NCBI GenBank assembly: GCA_965250285.1
Contig: OZ252299.1
Coordinates: 2,848,001-2,912,000 of the forward strand
Reading direction: 5' to 3'
DNA: 64,000 nucleotides
Source of the DNA: Myxococcota bacterium
GTDB taxonomy: Bacteria > Myxococcota_A > UBA9160 > UBA4427
Under the pieces are notes generated by a model that saw nothing but the letters and a program-made list of their open reading frames with translations, did not search any database and was not told where the DNA came from. A program made the position numbers and the translations under genes. Below are positions 44,042 through 53,784 of this stretch, piece by piece; the first letter of the stretch is position 1, and the number at the start of each line of letters is the position of its first letter.

Positions 44042-45739
44042 ATGTCCACACCCTTCGACCTGTTGATCACGGGCGGCACACTGGCCGACGGCACCGGCGC
44101 GCCTCTGCACGAAGGCGAGATCGGCGTGCGCGATGGACGCATCGCCGCCATCGGCGCAGCGGGTGAGCTGCCCCGCGATGCGAAGCGCACGATCGACGCG
44201 CAGGGCAAGGTCGTCGCGCCCGGCTTCATCGACATCCACACCCACTACGACCTGCAGGTGCTCTGGGATCGCATGCTGACGATCTCGCCGTGGCACGGCG
44301 TGACCTCGGTCGTGATGGGCAACTGCGGCTTCGGCGCAGCCCCGACGCGCCCGGAGCATCGCGACCTGATTCTGCGGACGCTCGAGAACGTCGAGGGCAT
44401 GTCGCTCGACGACATGCGCGCCGGCGTAGGCGACGAGTGGGCCTTCGAGACGTTCCCCGAGTACCTCGACGCGATCGAGCGGCAGGGCGTCGCAATCAAC
44501 GTGGCGGCGATGGTCGGCCACACGCCCCTTCGGATGTACGTGATGGGCGAGGCTTCGACCGAACGCGAGGCGACCCCCGACGAGGTTGCCGAGATGAAGC
44601 GCCTCGCGAAGGAGGCGCTCGGAGCCGGCGCGATCGGCATCGCGACGTCGAAGTCGCCCACACACTCGGGGTACGCGGGGCGTCCCGTCCCCAGCCGCGC
44701 TTCGGCCATGGAAGAGATCGACGCCCTCGCAGATGCACTCGGCGAGGCGGGCCACGGCGTCATGCAGGCCACGATCGGCGCCGGCTTCTTCGTGAAGGAG
44801 CTCGCCGACATCCAGCGGCGCATCGGTCGCCCGATCAGCTGGACCGCGCTGCTCGCAGGCATGCTCGGCCCGGGCGGCGAAGACTTCGTGCTGGGCGAGA
44901 CCGAGAAGCTCGCGGCCGAAGGCGTCTCGGTCGTGCCGCAGGTGTCTTGCCGGCCCCTGCTCTTCGAGTTCCAGTGGAGCAAGCCGTTCCCCTTCGAGAG
45001 CATGTCGATCTTCAAGCCCGTTTCCGAAGCCACGAGCCTCGAAGAGAAGAAGGCGATCTACGCAGACGAAGCGTTCCGTCAGTCGTTCAAGGAGCGCGGC
45101 GACGCGGGCGGCATCGCAGGCCGCTGGGATCAGACGGTCATCTCGGAGCATCCGAGCGACCCCGACCTGGCCGAGCGCAACGTCGCCGAGCTCGCTGAGC
45201 AGCGCGGTGTGCACCCGGTCGATCTGGCCTTCGACATCGCGCTCGAGACCAACCTCGAGGCGCGTTTCCGGATCGCCGCCATGAACGTCGACGAAGAGAT
45301 CGTCAAGCGGCTGCTGAACCACCCCGACGTGATGCTCGGCCTGTCCGACGCCGGCGCCCACGCGAGTCAGCTCTGCGATGCGTGCGCCCCGACGCATCTG
45401 CTCGGTCACTGGGTGCGCGAGCGCGGCGACGTCACGCTCGAGCACGCGGTGCATCTGCTGACCGGTCGCGCAGCCGACATCTTCGGCTTCGACGACCGCG
45501 GCCGGCTGGCCGAGGGGCTCGCGGCCGACCTGACGATCTTCGACGCCGAGACCGTGGGGTGCTCCCCGCTCTCGAGGGTGTACGACCAGCCGGCCGGTGG
45601 CGACCGACTCGTGAGCGAGGCGTTCGGCATCGAAGCCGTCATCGTGAACGGCACCGTGCTCCGCGAACAGGGGCAGGATGTCGTCGACACCACCGGCCCG
45701 CTTCCGGGTCTGGTGCTGCGAGGAGCCCAGTCCGCGTGA
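44042..45739 (+). CDS. N-acyl-D-amino-acid deacylase family amidohydrolase
   Basis: PGFIDIHTHYD, HGVTSVVMGNCG, SDAGAH, DRGRLAEGLAADL. Confidence 0.9.
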   Translation: MSTPFDLLITGGTLADGTGAPLHEGEIGVRDGRIAAIGAAGELPRDAKRTIDAQGKVVAPGFIDIHTHYDLQVLWDRMLTISPWHGVTSVVMGNCGFGAAPTRPEHRDLILRTLENVEGMSLDDMRAGVGDEWAFETFPEYLDAIERQGVAINVAAMVGHTPLRMYVMGEASTEREATPDEVAEMKRLAKEALGAGAIGIATSKSPTHSGYAGRPVPSRASAMEEIDALADALGEAGHGVMQATIGAGFFVKELADIQRRIGRPISWTALLAGMLGPGGEDFVLGETEKLAAEGVSVVPQVSCRPLLFEFQWSKPFPFESMSIFKPVSEATSLEEKKAIYADEAFRQSFKERGDAGGIAGRWDQTVISEHPSDPDLAERNVAELAEQRGVHPVDLAFDIALETNLEARFRIAAMNVDEEIVKRLLNHPDVMLGLSDAGAHASQLCDACAPTHLLGHWVRERGDVTLEHAVHLLTGRAADIFGFDDRGRLAEGLAADLTIFDAETVGCSPLSRVYDQPAGGDRLVSEAFGIEAVIVNGTVLREQGQDVVDTTGPLPGLVLRGAQSA

Positions 45740-46668
45740 CGCTGCACAGCCAGACCGAAGCCCCCGCCTCGCGCGCGAGCGCATTCGCATGGATCGCAGG
45801 CGCCTATCTCGTCGCGCTCGTCGTTGCAGCCGGGAGCCTGCCCTTCGCCCCCGATCCCGATCTGATCCCGCGCACGCTCTGGGCCGACGTCTGGGCGACG
45901 ATCGCCATCTTCGCGTTCAGCTTCGCGTTCAACAACACGAGCTTCTACGACGCGTACTGGAGCGTGATTCCGCCGGTGCTCGTGGCGTACTGGGCCTTCC
46001 ATCCCCAGGTGGGCGCCGATCCCAGCACGGCCCGGATCGCGCTGTCGCTCGGCCTGATGACCGTCTGGGCCGTGCGCCTCACCTACAACTGGGGACGCGG
46101 TTGGACGGGCCTCGACCACCAGGACTGGCGCTACAGCGACTTTCAGGAGAAGTACCCGGCGTACCTCTATTGGCCGCTGAGTCTCTTCGGTCTGCACATG
46201 CTGCCGACGCTGCAGGTGTTCCTCGGCTGTATCCCGCTCTACTACGTGACGGCCGCGAGCTCGCGCCCCCTCGGCTGGCTCGACGCGCTGGCCGTCGCGG
46301 TGACCTGCATGGGCATCTACTTCGAGACCGTCGCCGACAAGCAGCTGCGCGAGTTCGTGAGCGGGCCCAAGAAGCCGGGCGAGACGCTGCAGACCGGCCT
46401 GTGGCGCTACTCGCGGCACCCGAACTACTTCGGCGAGATCAGCTTCTGGTGGGGGATGGCGCTCTTCGGCCTGGCGGCGGCCCCCGACGCGTGGTTCTGG
46501 TGCCTCGCCGGCGCCGTGGCGATGACGGCGCTCTTCGCCTTCGCGAGCCTGCCGCTCATGGAGAAGCGTTCACTCGAGCGTCGGCCCGGCTATCAGCAGG
46601 TGATCGACACGACGTCGATCCTGATCCCGATGCCGCCCAAGAAGCCGCGGTCGAACGCGTCGGCGTAG
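45736..46668 (+). CDS. DUF1295 family membrane protein (steroid 5-alpha reductase-like)
   Basis: GTGA overlap. NTSFYDAYWS, W.VRLTYNW, DWRY, E..ADKQL, GLWRYSRHPNYFGE. Confidence 0.88.
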   Translation: MTLHSQTEAPASRASAFAWIAGAYLVALVVAAGSLPFAPDPDLIPRTLWADVWATIAIFAFSFAFNNTSFYDAYWSVIPPVLVAYWAFHPQVGADPSTARIALSLGLMTVWAVRLTYNWGRGWTGLDHQDWRYSDFQEKYPAYLYWPLSLFGLHMLPTLQVFLGCIPLYYVTAASSRPLGWLDALAVAVTCMGIYFETVADKQLREFVSGPKKPGETLQTGLWRYSRHPNYFGEISFWWGMALFGLAAAPDAWFWCLAGAVAMTALFAFASLPLMEKRSLERRPGYQQVIDTTSILIPMPPKKPRSNASA

Positions 46669-46685
46669 CGCCGAGGCGACCGCTC

Positions 46686-47015
46686 TCAGTCTTCCAGAAG
46701 CATTCGAAACAGCGCGAAGCTCTCGAGCTCTTCGTCGGCGATGTCGCCATCGGATCGAATCAGGCCGTCGATCGCGTCGAGGAACGCCTGGCGGTGCTCG
46801 CGCGGCACCTCGGTCGGATCGACGTTCTCGGGCGCAGGCGGAACGACGAGCCACTGCTCGACCTGGGCCATTTCGTGCGGATCGAGCTGTAGACGCACGA
46901 CGAGATCGCGAACGAACGCCTTCTCTTCGTCGCGCACCTCGAGGTCGGCCCACGCGAACGAGCAGACGAACTTGATCAGACGCAGCCGGTCGGCGGGCAC
47001 CATGTCGGTGAGCAT
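46686..47015 (-). CDS. TerB family (tellurite-resistance-like) protein
   Basis: FAWADLEVRDEEK and second repeat IRSDGDIADEEL. 109 aa. Confidence 0.75.
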   Translation of the reverse strand: MLTDMVPADRLRLIKFVCSFAWADLEVRDEEKAFVRDLVVRLQLDPHEMAQVEQWLVVPPAPENVDPTEVPREHRQAFLDAIDGLIRSDGDIADEELESFALFRMLLED

Positions 47016-47150
47016 GTGGGACCTTTCGAGGCGCTCGGGGCGAGCGGCCAACGCCAGACGAGTGCGCGGCGCGGCGCCGGGCGCGAGCGTAGAGCGCGAG
47101 CAGGTCGAGTCAAGAGCGACGCCGTGGTGTGCGGTACCCTGCCCTGCCCC

Positions 47151-48014
47151 ATGCCGCGATCGCCCCGCCCGACTGGATCCTCTGGCTGCCCGCTGTCTCT
47201 CGCGCGCCCTCGCGCGCGCCGCTTCACCTGGGCGCTCGCGTGCACGATCGCGCTCTTCGCGGCGCCGATCACCAGCACACCCGCGAACGCAGAGGATCTG
47301 GACATTCTCGGCAGCTGGTACGTCCTCGTTCACTACAAGGACGACTCGACCGCGAACCCGCTCGCCGATCGCTGGCTCGATCTCGTGTGGGTCTTCGAGA
47401 TGAAGGGGTCGCGTCTTGAGTGGCGCGAGTATCCGCTGGTCGTCTTCGAGGACACCTCCGGGCGCTTCGAGCCGCGGGCCGGCAACCCGCGTGCCCGCAC
47501 GCTCGCCGCCTGGGAGCCCAACGCAGCGCAGCGCGCGGTGATCGAGCGGGGCCCCCACGTGAATGACCGCGGATCGAAGACGAAGACGCTCAAGGGCTCG
47601 CCGACACGGGGTTGGAAGACCGTCGATCGCCCCGGGATCGGCATGGGGGCCAACGTCGTCGGGTACCGCGAGTCGCTGCGCATCGATGATCCCGAGGGCC
47701 TGCCGGTCTTCTCACGCATCGACAGTCTGGGCAACGCGGCGCGCGGCAGCAGCGAGGGCAGCACCGTCTACACGACGACCGAGGTCCGAAGCGGCGGCGA
47801 CGTGATCGTCGGGACGTATGCGCGCGACGGCATCCGTCACGGCGTCTTCCGATTGCGTCGGACGCCGCCGCCGCGCGGCCTCATCGAGAAGGACGGCACA
47901 CCGAACGAGCGTCTCGTCGAGTCGTTCAAGGCCACGGGCGGCATCGGCGCCATGGGGCTCGGCAGCTCGACCGGGCCGGTCCGTGAGGGCTTCGACGAGG
48001 GCGACGACTTCTGA
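47151..48014 (+). CDS. Hypothetical exported protein
   Basis: Signal peptide ending PANA, protein-like composition (LGSWYVLVHYKD, WLDLVWVFE). No family recognised. Start uncertain. Confidence 0.6.
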   Translation: MPRSPRPTGSSGCPLSLARPRARRFTWALACTIALFAAPITSTPANAEDLDILGSWYVLVHYKDDSTANPLADRWLDLVWVFEMKGSRLEWREYPLVVFEDTSGRFEPRAGNPRARTLAAWEPNAAQRAVIERGPHVNDRGSKTKTLKGSPTRGWKTVDRPGIGMGANVVGYRESLRIDDPEGLPVFSRIDSLGNAARGSSEGSTVYTTTEVRSGGDVIVGTYARDGIRHGVFRLRRTPPPRGLIEKDGTPNERLVESFKATGGIGAMGLGSSTGPVREGFDEGDDF

Positions 48015-48097
48015 GCGAGCGCGCCGCCTTTCTCGCTCGGCGACGGCAATGACGATGCATCGCGTGCGCCACGGTCTTCGACGAGGGCGAAGACGAT

Positions 48098-48751
48098 TCA
48101 GCGCGCGCCGTGCGCGAGCGGTCGTGTCGATCGACGGCGCCACGCCCAGGCGAGGCCCAGCCCGACCCAGCTCGCCGCCACGACGAGGGCCCAACCGGTC
48201 CCTCCGCCATGGGGCGGCGGCGCACGCAGCGGATGCAGGCTGAGACGGATCGCTCCAAGGCCGACGAGCGCCGCCGGTGCGCGCCCCCCTGTGCGCACGA
48301 TCAGGGCCAGCACGCCGAGCGACAGCGCCGAGACGGGCGCGACCGGCCAGGCGACGAAGCCGATCGCCGCCCCACCCGGCCACGGCACGCCGCCACAGCA
48401 CCCGGCCCACACGCAGGCCAGCCGCGCGACGGCGAGCCCCGCGACCAGCGCCCGCAGATCTGCATCGAGGGCCGCACGCGCGTCGCGTCGCCACGCTCGA
48501 ACCACGATGGGACCGAGGGGCACGAAGAGCAGCGACGCACCCGCACCGGCGTCGATCAGCATCGAGGCGAGGCCGACGACGCCCGAGCCCCGAACGATGT
48601 CGCCGGCGTGGACCGCGATCCAACCCGCGTGGGCAAGCCCCGCACCCACGACGAGGCCGAGGACGCGCACCGGATCGATCGCACATCGCCGCGCGCCGCC
48701 GTGCAGCAGAGTGGCGACGCCGCCGCCCAGCATCCAGCCGATCTCGGGCAT
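48098..48751 (-). CDS. Divergent Lgt-like (prolipoprotein diacylglyceryl transferase family) membrane protein
   Basis: Multiple TM segments and AVARLACVWAGCCGG, resembling the GR.GCF..GCC.G motif of short Lgt-family proteins. Confidence 0.5.
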   Translation of the reverse strand: MPEIGWMLGGGVATLLHGGARRCAIDPVRVLGLVVGAGLAHAGWIAVHAGDIVRGSGVVGLASMLIDAGAGASLLFVPLGPIVVRAWRRDARAALDADLRALVAGLAVARLACVWAGCCGGVPWPGGAAIGFVAWPVAPVSALSLGVLALIVRTGGRAPAALVGLGAIRLSLHPLRAPPPHGGGTGWALVVAASWVGLGLAWAWRRRSTRPLAHGAR

Positions 48752-48915
48752 CCAACCCTTCCTCGGGACGACGCGGGCTCGGCACGAACACGCCCGCTCC
48801 ACCCGGCATAGCGAGCGGGCGCACGCGTCGCTCGCGTCGCCGATCAGGTCGCGCGCCGCGTCGCGGGCGCACACGTCCGCTACCGTCGGGCAGCGCCCAG
48901 AACCGATCGGAATCG

Positions 48916-49764
48916 ATGCACGCTCTCTCGCACCTCGAACTGCAGCACGGGCTCCGCATGGAGATCGAGCAATGGGGTCACGGCGACCGGCCGCTGATCC
49001 TCGTGCACGGCTACACGGGCTCGCGCGACGACTTTCTCGAACAGCTCCCGGCCCTCTCCGAGATCGGGCTGACGATCGCCGTCGATCAGCGCGGGCACGG
49101 CGGATCGACCAACACCGGCGACCCCTCGCACTACACCTTCGACGGCCTCGCGACCGATCTGCTCGATGCACTCGACCGGCTCGAGGTCGACCAGTGTGAC
49201 CTGCTCGGCCACTCGATGGGCGGCGTCGTCGCGCAGCACGTCGCGCTGCGAGCCCCGGCGCGCATCGGTTCACTCGTGCTGATGGATACGCTCGTCGCGG
49301 GCATGGCGCTGCTGCCCGAGCCGGCGCGCGCTGCGACGCGCGCCATCGTCGAAAACGAGGGCATGGGCAAGCTCGCCGAGCTGATGGAGAGCGCAACGCG
49401 GGCGGGCCGCACCCCGCTGCCGCCCTCGACGCGGGCATCGATCGAGCGCGTCGGCGCCGATCGCCACTGGCAGCGCATGCGGGCGAAGCTCACCGCGATG
49501 GATCCCGTCGCGTTCACCACGCTCGGCGACGCGTTCGAACACTGGCCGGGTACGCAGGATCGGCTCGCCGAGATCACCTGCCCGACGACCGTCCTCGTCG
49601 GCGCGGAGGACGCACCGTTTCGGCGCCCCGCCGAGACGCTCGCGAGCGGCATCCCCGATGCAGAGCTCATCGTGATCGAGGGGGCCGCCCACAGCCCTCA
49701 GGTCGAGAACGCGAGCGCCTGGCTCGCAGCGGTGCAGGGACACGTCGCAGCCGCACGAGCCTGA
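48916..49764 (+). CDS. Alpha/beta hydrolase
   Basis: LVHGYTGS, DQRGHG, GHSMGG, VGAED, AHSPQVEN. Confidence 0.9.
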   Translation: MHALSHLELQHGLRMEIEQWGHGDRPLILVHGYTGSRDDFLEQLPALSEIGLTIAVDQRGHGGSTNTGDPSHYTFDGLATDLLDALDRLEVDQCDLLGHSMGGVVAQHVALRAPARIGSLVLMDTLVAGMALLPEPARAATRAIVENEGMGKLAELMESATRAGRTPLPPSTRASIERVGADRHWQRMRAKLTAMDPVAFTTLGDAFEHWPGTQDRLAEITCPTTVLVGAEDAPFRRPAETLASGIPDAELIVIEGAAHSPQVENASAWLAAVQGHVAAARA

Positions 49765-49785
49765 GGGCGCGCCGCGGCGGGTCGC

Positions 49786-50310
49786 TCAGTCGGCGGGCTC
49801 GACCAGGATGTCGGCCATCAGATCCTCGGCGATCTTCTCGAGGCTCTCGCGCAATGCGTCGACCGCGAGCGAAGGCGGCGCCTGCAGCCGCGCGCGCGCG
49901 GTGAACAGCATCTCGCCCGACATCGGCGCGGACGAGACGTGGCTCTCGAGCGAGAGCACGTTGACACCCACGCTGGCGGCCGCGGTCGCGATCTCCTTCA
50001 CGATCCCCGGACGATCCTGACCGACCAGCTCGACATCGAGCACGGTGTCGTCCCGCTCGGTGACGTCGAGCTCGCTGTCTTCGACGGCGACCGTCAGGCC
50101 CTGGGCCGAGAGTCCACCGAGCGCCGTCCGCAGCGCTTCGGCGCGCGCGTCGGGCACTCGCACCTGCAGGATGCCGGCGAAGTGCCCCGCGAGACGAGCC
50201 ATGCGGCTCTGCTCCCAGCTGCCGTCGTGGTCGGCGATCACCTGAGAAACGGCCTCCACGAGTCCGGGGCGGTCGGCGCCGATCAGCGTGAGGACGAGGG
50301 CTCTGGACAT
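49786..50310 (-). CDS. gcvR: Glycine cleavage system repressor-like tandem ACT-domain protein
   Basis: LTLIGADRPGLV and LVGQDRPGIV ACT repeats, SAPMSGE.LF. Confidence 0.85.
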   Translation of the reverse strand: MSRALVLTLIGADRPGLVEAVSQVIADHDGSWEQSRMARLAGHFAGILQVRVPDARAEALRTALGGLSAQGLTVAVEDSELDVTERDDTVLDVELVGQDRPGIVKEIATAAASVGVNVLSLESHVSSAPMSGEMLFTARARLQAPPSLAVDALRESLEKIAEDLMADILVEPAD

Positions 50311-50576
50311 CGAGGGTCTCCGTTCGGGCGACGGCGCCGGCGCGCGAGCGTCGCATTCGGACAAGCGGTGCCCGGGTCGAGCACGCCGCGCGTGGGATCG
50401 GTCCCGGGTGGCGCGTCGGATCGAACGCACGGGGCACTCGGGATCGGCCTACGCGACGCGTGCAAGCGCGCACACGAGGCATCGAATCAAGCGCACGGAG
50501 CGTCGCGCCGAAGCATCGGACATGCGGCGCGCAGACGCCCGACCGAGTCGGGTGTCTCGGCGCCGGGGAGCTCGAG

Positions 50577-51038
50577 ATGACCGAGATCTACCCGATGATC
50601 CCGGCCGCGTCCAAGGCGGTCTGGTTTCTGGCCGGCATCGGCCTGCTGTTGCTCGTCGTGGCCGGCCTGCTCCTGGCGCTGGCGTTCGCCTCGGGCCATA
50701 CCCGCGTGCGCGTCGACACGGCAGGCGTCGCCGTGGAGGGCGACCCGCTCTTCTCCCGCACGATCCCCTGGAGCGAGCTCGAGGTCGACCGGGCCGAGGT
50801 CGTCGCCATCGGCGGCGACTCGCCTTACCGGCCCGCCTGGCGCACCTGGGGCACGGGACTCCCGGGCTACGCCGCCGGCTGGTTCAAACTGGCATCGGGC
50901 GAGAAGGCGCTCGTCTTCATGACCGCTGGCGAAGGCGCCGTGCGGGTGCCCACGCGGTCGGGCTGGAGCCTTCTGGTGACCGTCCAAGACCCGGGCGCCC
51001 TCGTCGCTCGGCTGCAGGCGGGTGACTCGGGCGCCTGA
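50577..51038 (+). CDS. Membrane protein with bacterial PH domain
   Basis: N-terminal TM, R.IPWSEL, RT.GTGLPGY.AGWF.L..GEKALVF.T, LL.TV.DP. Confidence 0.75.
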   Translation: MTEIYPMIPAASKAVWFLAGIGLLLLVVAGLLLALAFASGHTRVRVDTAGVAVEGDPLFSRTIPWSELEVDRAEVVAIGGDSPYRPAWRTWGTGLPGYAAGWFKLASGEKALVFMTAGEGAVRVPTRSGWSLLVTVQDPGALVARLQAGDSGA

Positions 51039-51186
51039 AACGCGATCAGGGGACCCGCCCGCAGGGCAATCCAAATTTGACCGGAATTGTCACGGCTGGG
51101 CTGAAAAAAATCGAGAAAGCCTGACACCTGGACCCGGTTCGCGACCACATCCCTTGTACATCGCAAGCATATCCCCTTCCCAGGGA

Positions 51187-51227
51187 GGCCCGAGTCATCG
51201 CATGGTGACTCGGGCCGCTTTCGTTCT
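51187..51227 (+). terminator. Intrinsic terminator hairpin
   Basis: 13-bp stem GGCCCGAGTCATC-GCAT-GGTGACTCGGGCC (one G-U pair) followed by GCTTTCGTTCT. Confidence 0.65.
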
Positions 51228-51388
51228 GGGGGGGTGGTTTCGGGGGTGGGTGCCTGGGGCGCGCTCGGTCGCCGCCTGGTCCCCAGAACGATGCTCTTTC
51301 TTAGGAGCGCTCGCCGCGGCCCTCTGGGCCGCGTCTTGCGAGTTCTGCGATCCGGGCGTTAGGGCCGGGTTGGGGGCGGCTCAGGCGA

Positions 51389-53563
51389 TCAGGGGGTGTG
51401 GGTTTGCTCGAACTCGGAGCGTTCGACCAGGGCGCGTAGGGCGCGGACGGCGCGGTGGGCGCTCGGGTAGCAGATGCGGCCGGCGTCGCGGACGGCGGCG
51501 GGGCCCGGGTTTTCGGGGTTCGAGACGGCGAGCTCGGTCACGGTCAGCACCGGCTTGCCGTGGCGCTCGCTGGCGTCGCGAGCCGCTTCGGCGAAGCGTC
51601 GATCCTGCTTCTCGTGATAGCCGACGATGCGCTCGAGCCCGTGCTCTGGGTAGAAGGCGCCCGTCTTGAAGGCACCGGCCTGACCCGACTGAATGCCGAT
51701 GCCGAGCTGCACCACCGCGTCGACGTCGGGGTGCGCGCAGATCATCTCGAGCACCTCGGGGATCGTGTCGCGGGTCTCGCCGCCCGCGAGGTCGATCGGG
51801 TTGTTCCGACTCCAGCGCGCCGGGACCATCGTGTCGATCTTCGCCTTGATGTCTTCGGGCAGCGGGATCAGCTCGAGCCCCTCGGTCGCGATCGCGTCGG
51901 CTGCGAGCACGCCCCAGCCGCCGACGCTCGTGAAGACAATGGTGCGTCGGCCGCGCGGACGGGGCTGCGTCGCGAGCGTCCCGGCCCACTCGAACGCCTC
52001 TTCGATCGTCGGCGCGCGCAGCACGCCGTACTGCCGGCAGAGCCCGTCGAAGACCCGGTCGTCGCTCGCGAGCGCACCCGTGTGGCTCGCCGCAGCGCGG
52101 GCGCCGGCCCCGCTCGCCCCGCCCTTCACCAGCACCAGCGGCTTGCGTGCGGTGAGTCGGGCCACGGCGCGCTTGAAGCGCTCGCCATCGGCGATGCCCT
52201 CGACGTAGGCAAGCGCAACGTCGGTGTCGGGATCGACGGCGAAGTACTCGAGCATCTCGGCCAGCCCCGTCTGCGCCGAGTTGCCGAGCGAGACGGCCTT
52301 GCTGACGCCGACGCCCGTCGACACCGCGTAGTTGAGATACGACGAGACGAGGTTGCCGCTCTGGCTCGCCACGCCGATGCGACCGGGCGGCGGGTACGGC
52401 GCCACGATCTGTGCGCACATCTTCGCCGGCGTCGAGATGACGCCCTGCCCGTTCGGTCCGATCAGGAGCAGACCGAGCTCTTCGGCCTTGGCGGCGAGCT
52501 CGACCTGCATGGCTTTGCCTTCTTCGCCCGCTTCGCCATAGCCGGCGCTCGCGACGAACGCAGCACGCACGCCCTTCTTGGCGCACGCCTCGAGGAGCGG
52601 CACGTTGACCTTGTTGGGCGTGCACACGACGACGAGGTCGGCGCGGCCGTCGGGCACCTCGGCGACGTCGGTGAGCGTCTCGCGCCCCAGCACCTCAGCG
52701 CCGTCGGGCTTCACCGGGAAGAGCTCTCCCTCGTAGCCGAATCGCATGAGGTTGTGCATCGTGACGAAGCCGAACTTGCCCGGATGGCTCGCCACGCCCG
52801 CGACGATGATTCCGCGCGGGTGAAAGAGCGGGCGGAAGCGATCGAGGATCGCCTCGTCGTCGAGCTCCGCAAGCTCGGTGGTCGCGGGCGCCGACTCGAC
52901 ATCGCCGAGCTCGACGAGCGCGTCGACGGCCACGGGCCGGTCCCCGCTCACGATCACCGGGTTCAGGTCGACGCTCGCCACGTCGGGCCGCTCGAGACCG
53001 AGGCGACCGAGACCGACGAGCAGCTTCGCAAGCGCACCCTCGTCGACCGGGGGCTCCCCTCGGAAGGGCCGGGTCAGCAGATGCGACGCGCCGAGCGCGT
53101 GGATCATCTGCTTCGCTTCGGCTTCGTCGATGGGCGCAGCCGCGAACACGGCGTCGCCCACCGCCTCGGTCAGGATGCCGCCGAGACCGAGCAGCACACA
53201 CGGACCGAACTGTGGATCGCGCACGAGCCCGGCGATCAGCTCGCGTCGCCCCGACACCATCTCGGCCACGAGCAACGAGACGTCGCCGTCTTCGGGGCGC
53301 GCCTTGCCGAGCAGCTCGTCGGCGGCCGCGCGCACGGCGTCGGCATCCTCGAGACCGAGGCGCACGAGATCGCGCTCGGTCTTGTGAGCGATGGCATCGC
53401 CGTTCAGCTTGAGCACGACCGGGAACCCGATCGACTCCGCGGCCTGCACCGCAGCATCGGCATTGGCAGCCAGGGCTTCGGAGGGGAACGGAACGCCGAC
53501 ATCGGCGAGGAGCTGCTTGGAGGCGTGCTCCGAGAGCGTGTGCGTCGAGGCTTCTGAAGTCAT
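51389..53563 (-). CDS. ADP-forming acetate/acyl--CoA ligase family protein (ATP-grasp domain N-terminal, CoA-binding domain C-terminal)
   Basis: LSEHASKQLL, IGFPVVLK..IAHKTE, RDPQFGP, DLNP, then GPNGQG, SQSG, phospho-His ASHTGALA, NPIDLAG. Confidence 0.9.
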   Translation of the reverse strand: MTSEASTHTLSEHASKQLLADVGVPFPSEALAANADAAVQAAESIGFPVVLKLNGDAIAHKTERDLVRLGLEDADAVRAAADELLGKARPEDGDVSLLVAEMVSGRRELIAGLVRDPQFGPCVLLGLGGILTEAVGDAVFAAAPIDEAEAKQMIHALGASHLLTRPFRGEPPVDEGALAKLLVGLGRLGLERPDVASVDLNPVIVSGDRPVAVDALVELGDVESAPATTELAELDDEAILDRFRPLFHPRGIIVAGVASHPGKFGFVTMHNLMRFGYEGELFPVKPDGAEVLGRETLTDVAEVPDGRADLVVVCTPNKVNVPLLEACAKKGVRAAFVASAGYGEAGEEGKAMQVELAAKAEELGLLLIGPNGQGVISTPAKMCAQIVAPYPPPGRIGVASQSGNLVSSYLNYAVSTGVGVSKAVSLGNSAQTGLAEMLEYFAVDPDTDVALAYVEGIADGERFKRAVARLTARKPLVLVKGGASGAGARAAASHTGALASDDRVFDGLCRQYGVLRAPTIEEAFEWAGTLATQPRPRGRRTIVFTSVGGWGVLAADAIATEGLELIPLPEDIKAKIDTMVPARWSRNNPIDLAGGETRDTIPEVLEMICAHPDVDAVVQLGIGIQSGQAGAFKTGAFYPEHGLERIVGYHEKQDRRFAEAARDASERHGKPVLTVTELAVSNPENPGPAAVRDAGRICYPSAHRAVRALRALVERSEFEQTHTP

Positions 53564-53784
53564 GGCCGGGCAGATTAGCCGCCGGGCCGGTTCCGGGCAC
53601 GCGCCGAACGGGCGCCCGGCTCGCCCAGGTCGCCGACGCACGATTGGCCCAAACGATGGGCTGCCTTAATCTCCAGCCTCGTTCCGCCGATCTCACCTTC
53701 GCCCCCCGTACAGTGAGCCACGGGCTCAGGCCCGCATTCTTCGACCGCCCTCGCGCCCCGCGAGGGCGCACGCCGGGGGGCCCC

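Noticed and set aside
51128..51143. Sigma54 promoter in the candidate sRNA region
   Set aside because: GG-to-GC spacing is 9 nt rather than the required 10.
53564..53784. Glycine riboswitch upstream of the AGCS symporter
   Set aside because: The conserved GGAGA...CCGAAG...CUCAGG aptamer arrangement is not present; only an isolated CTCAGG.
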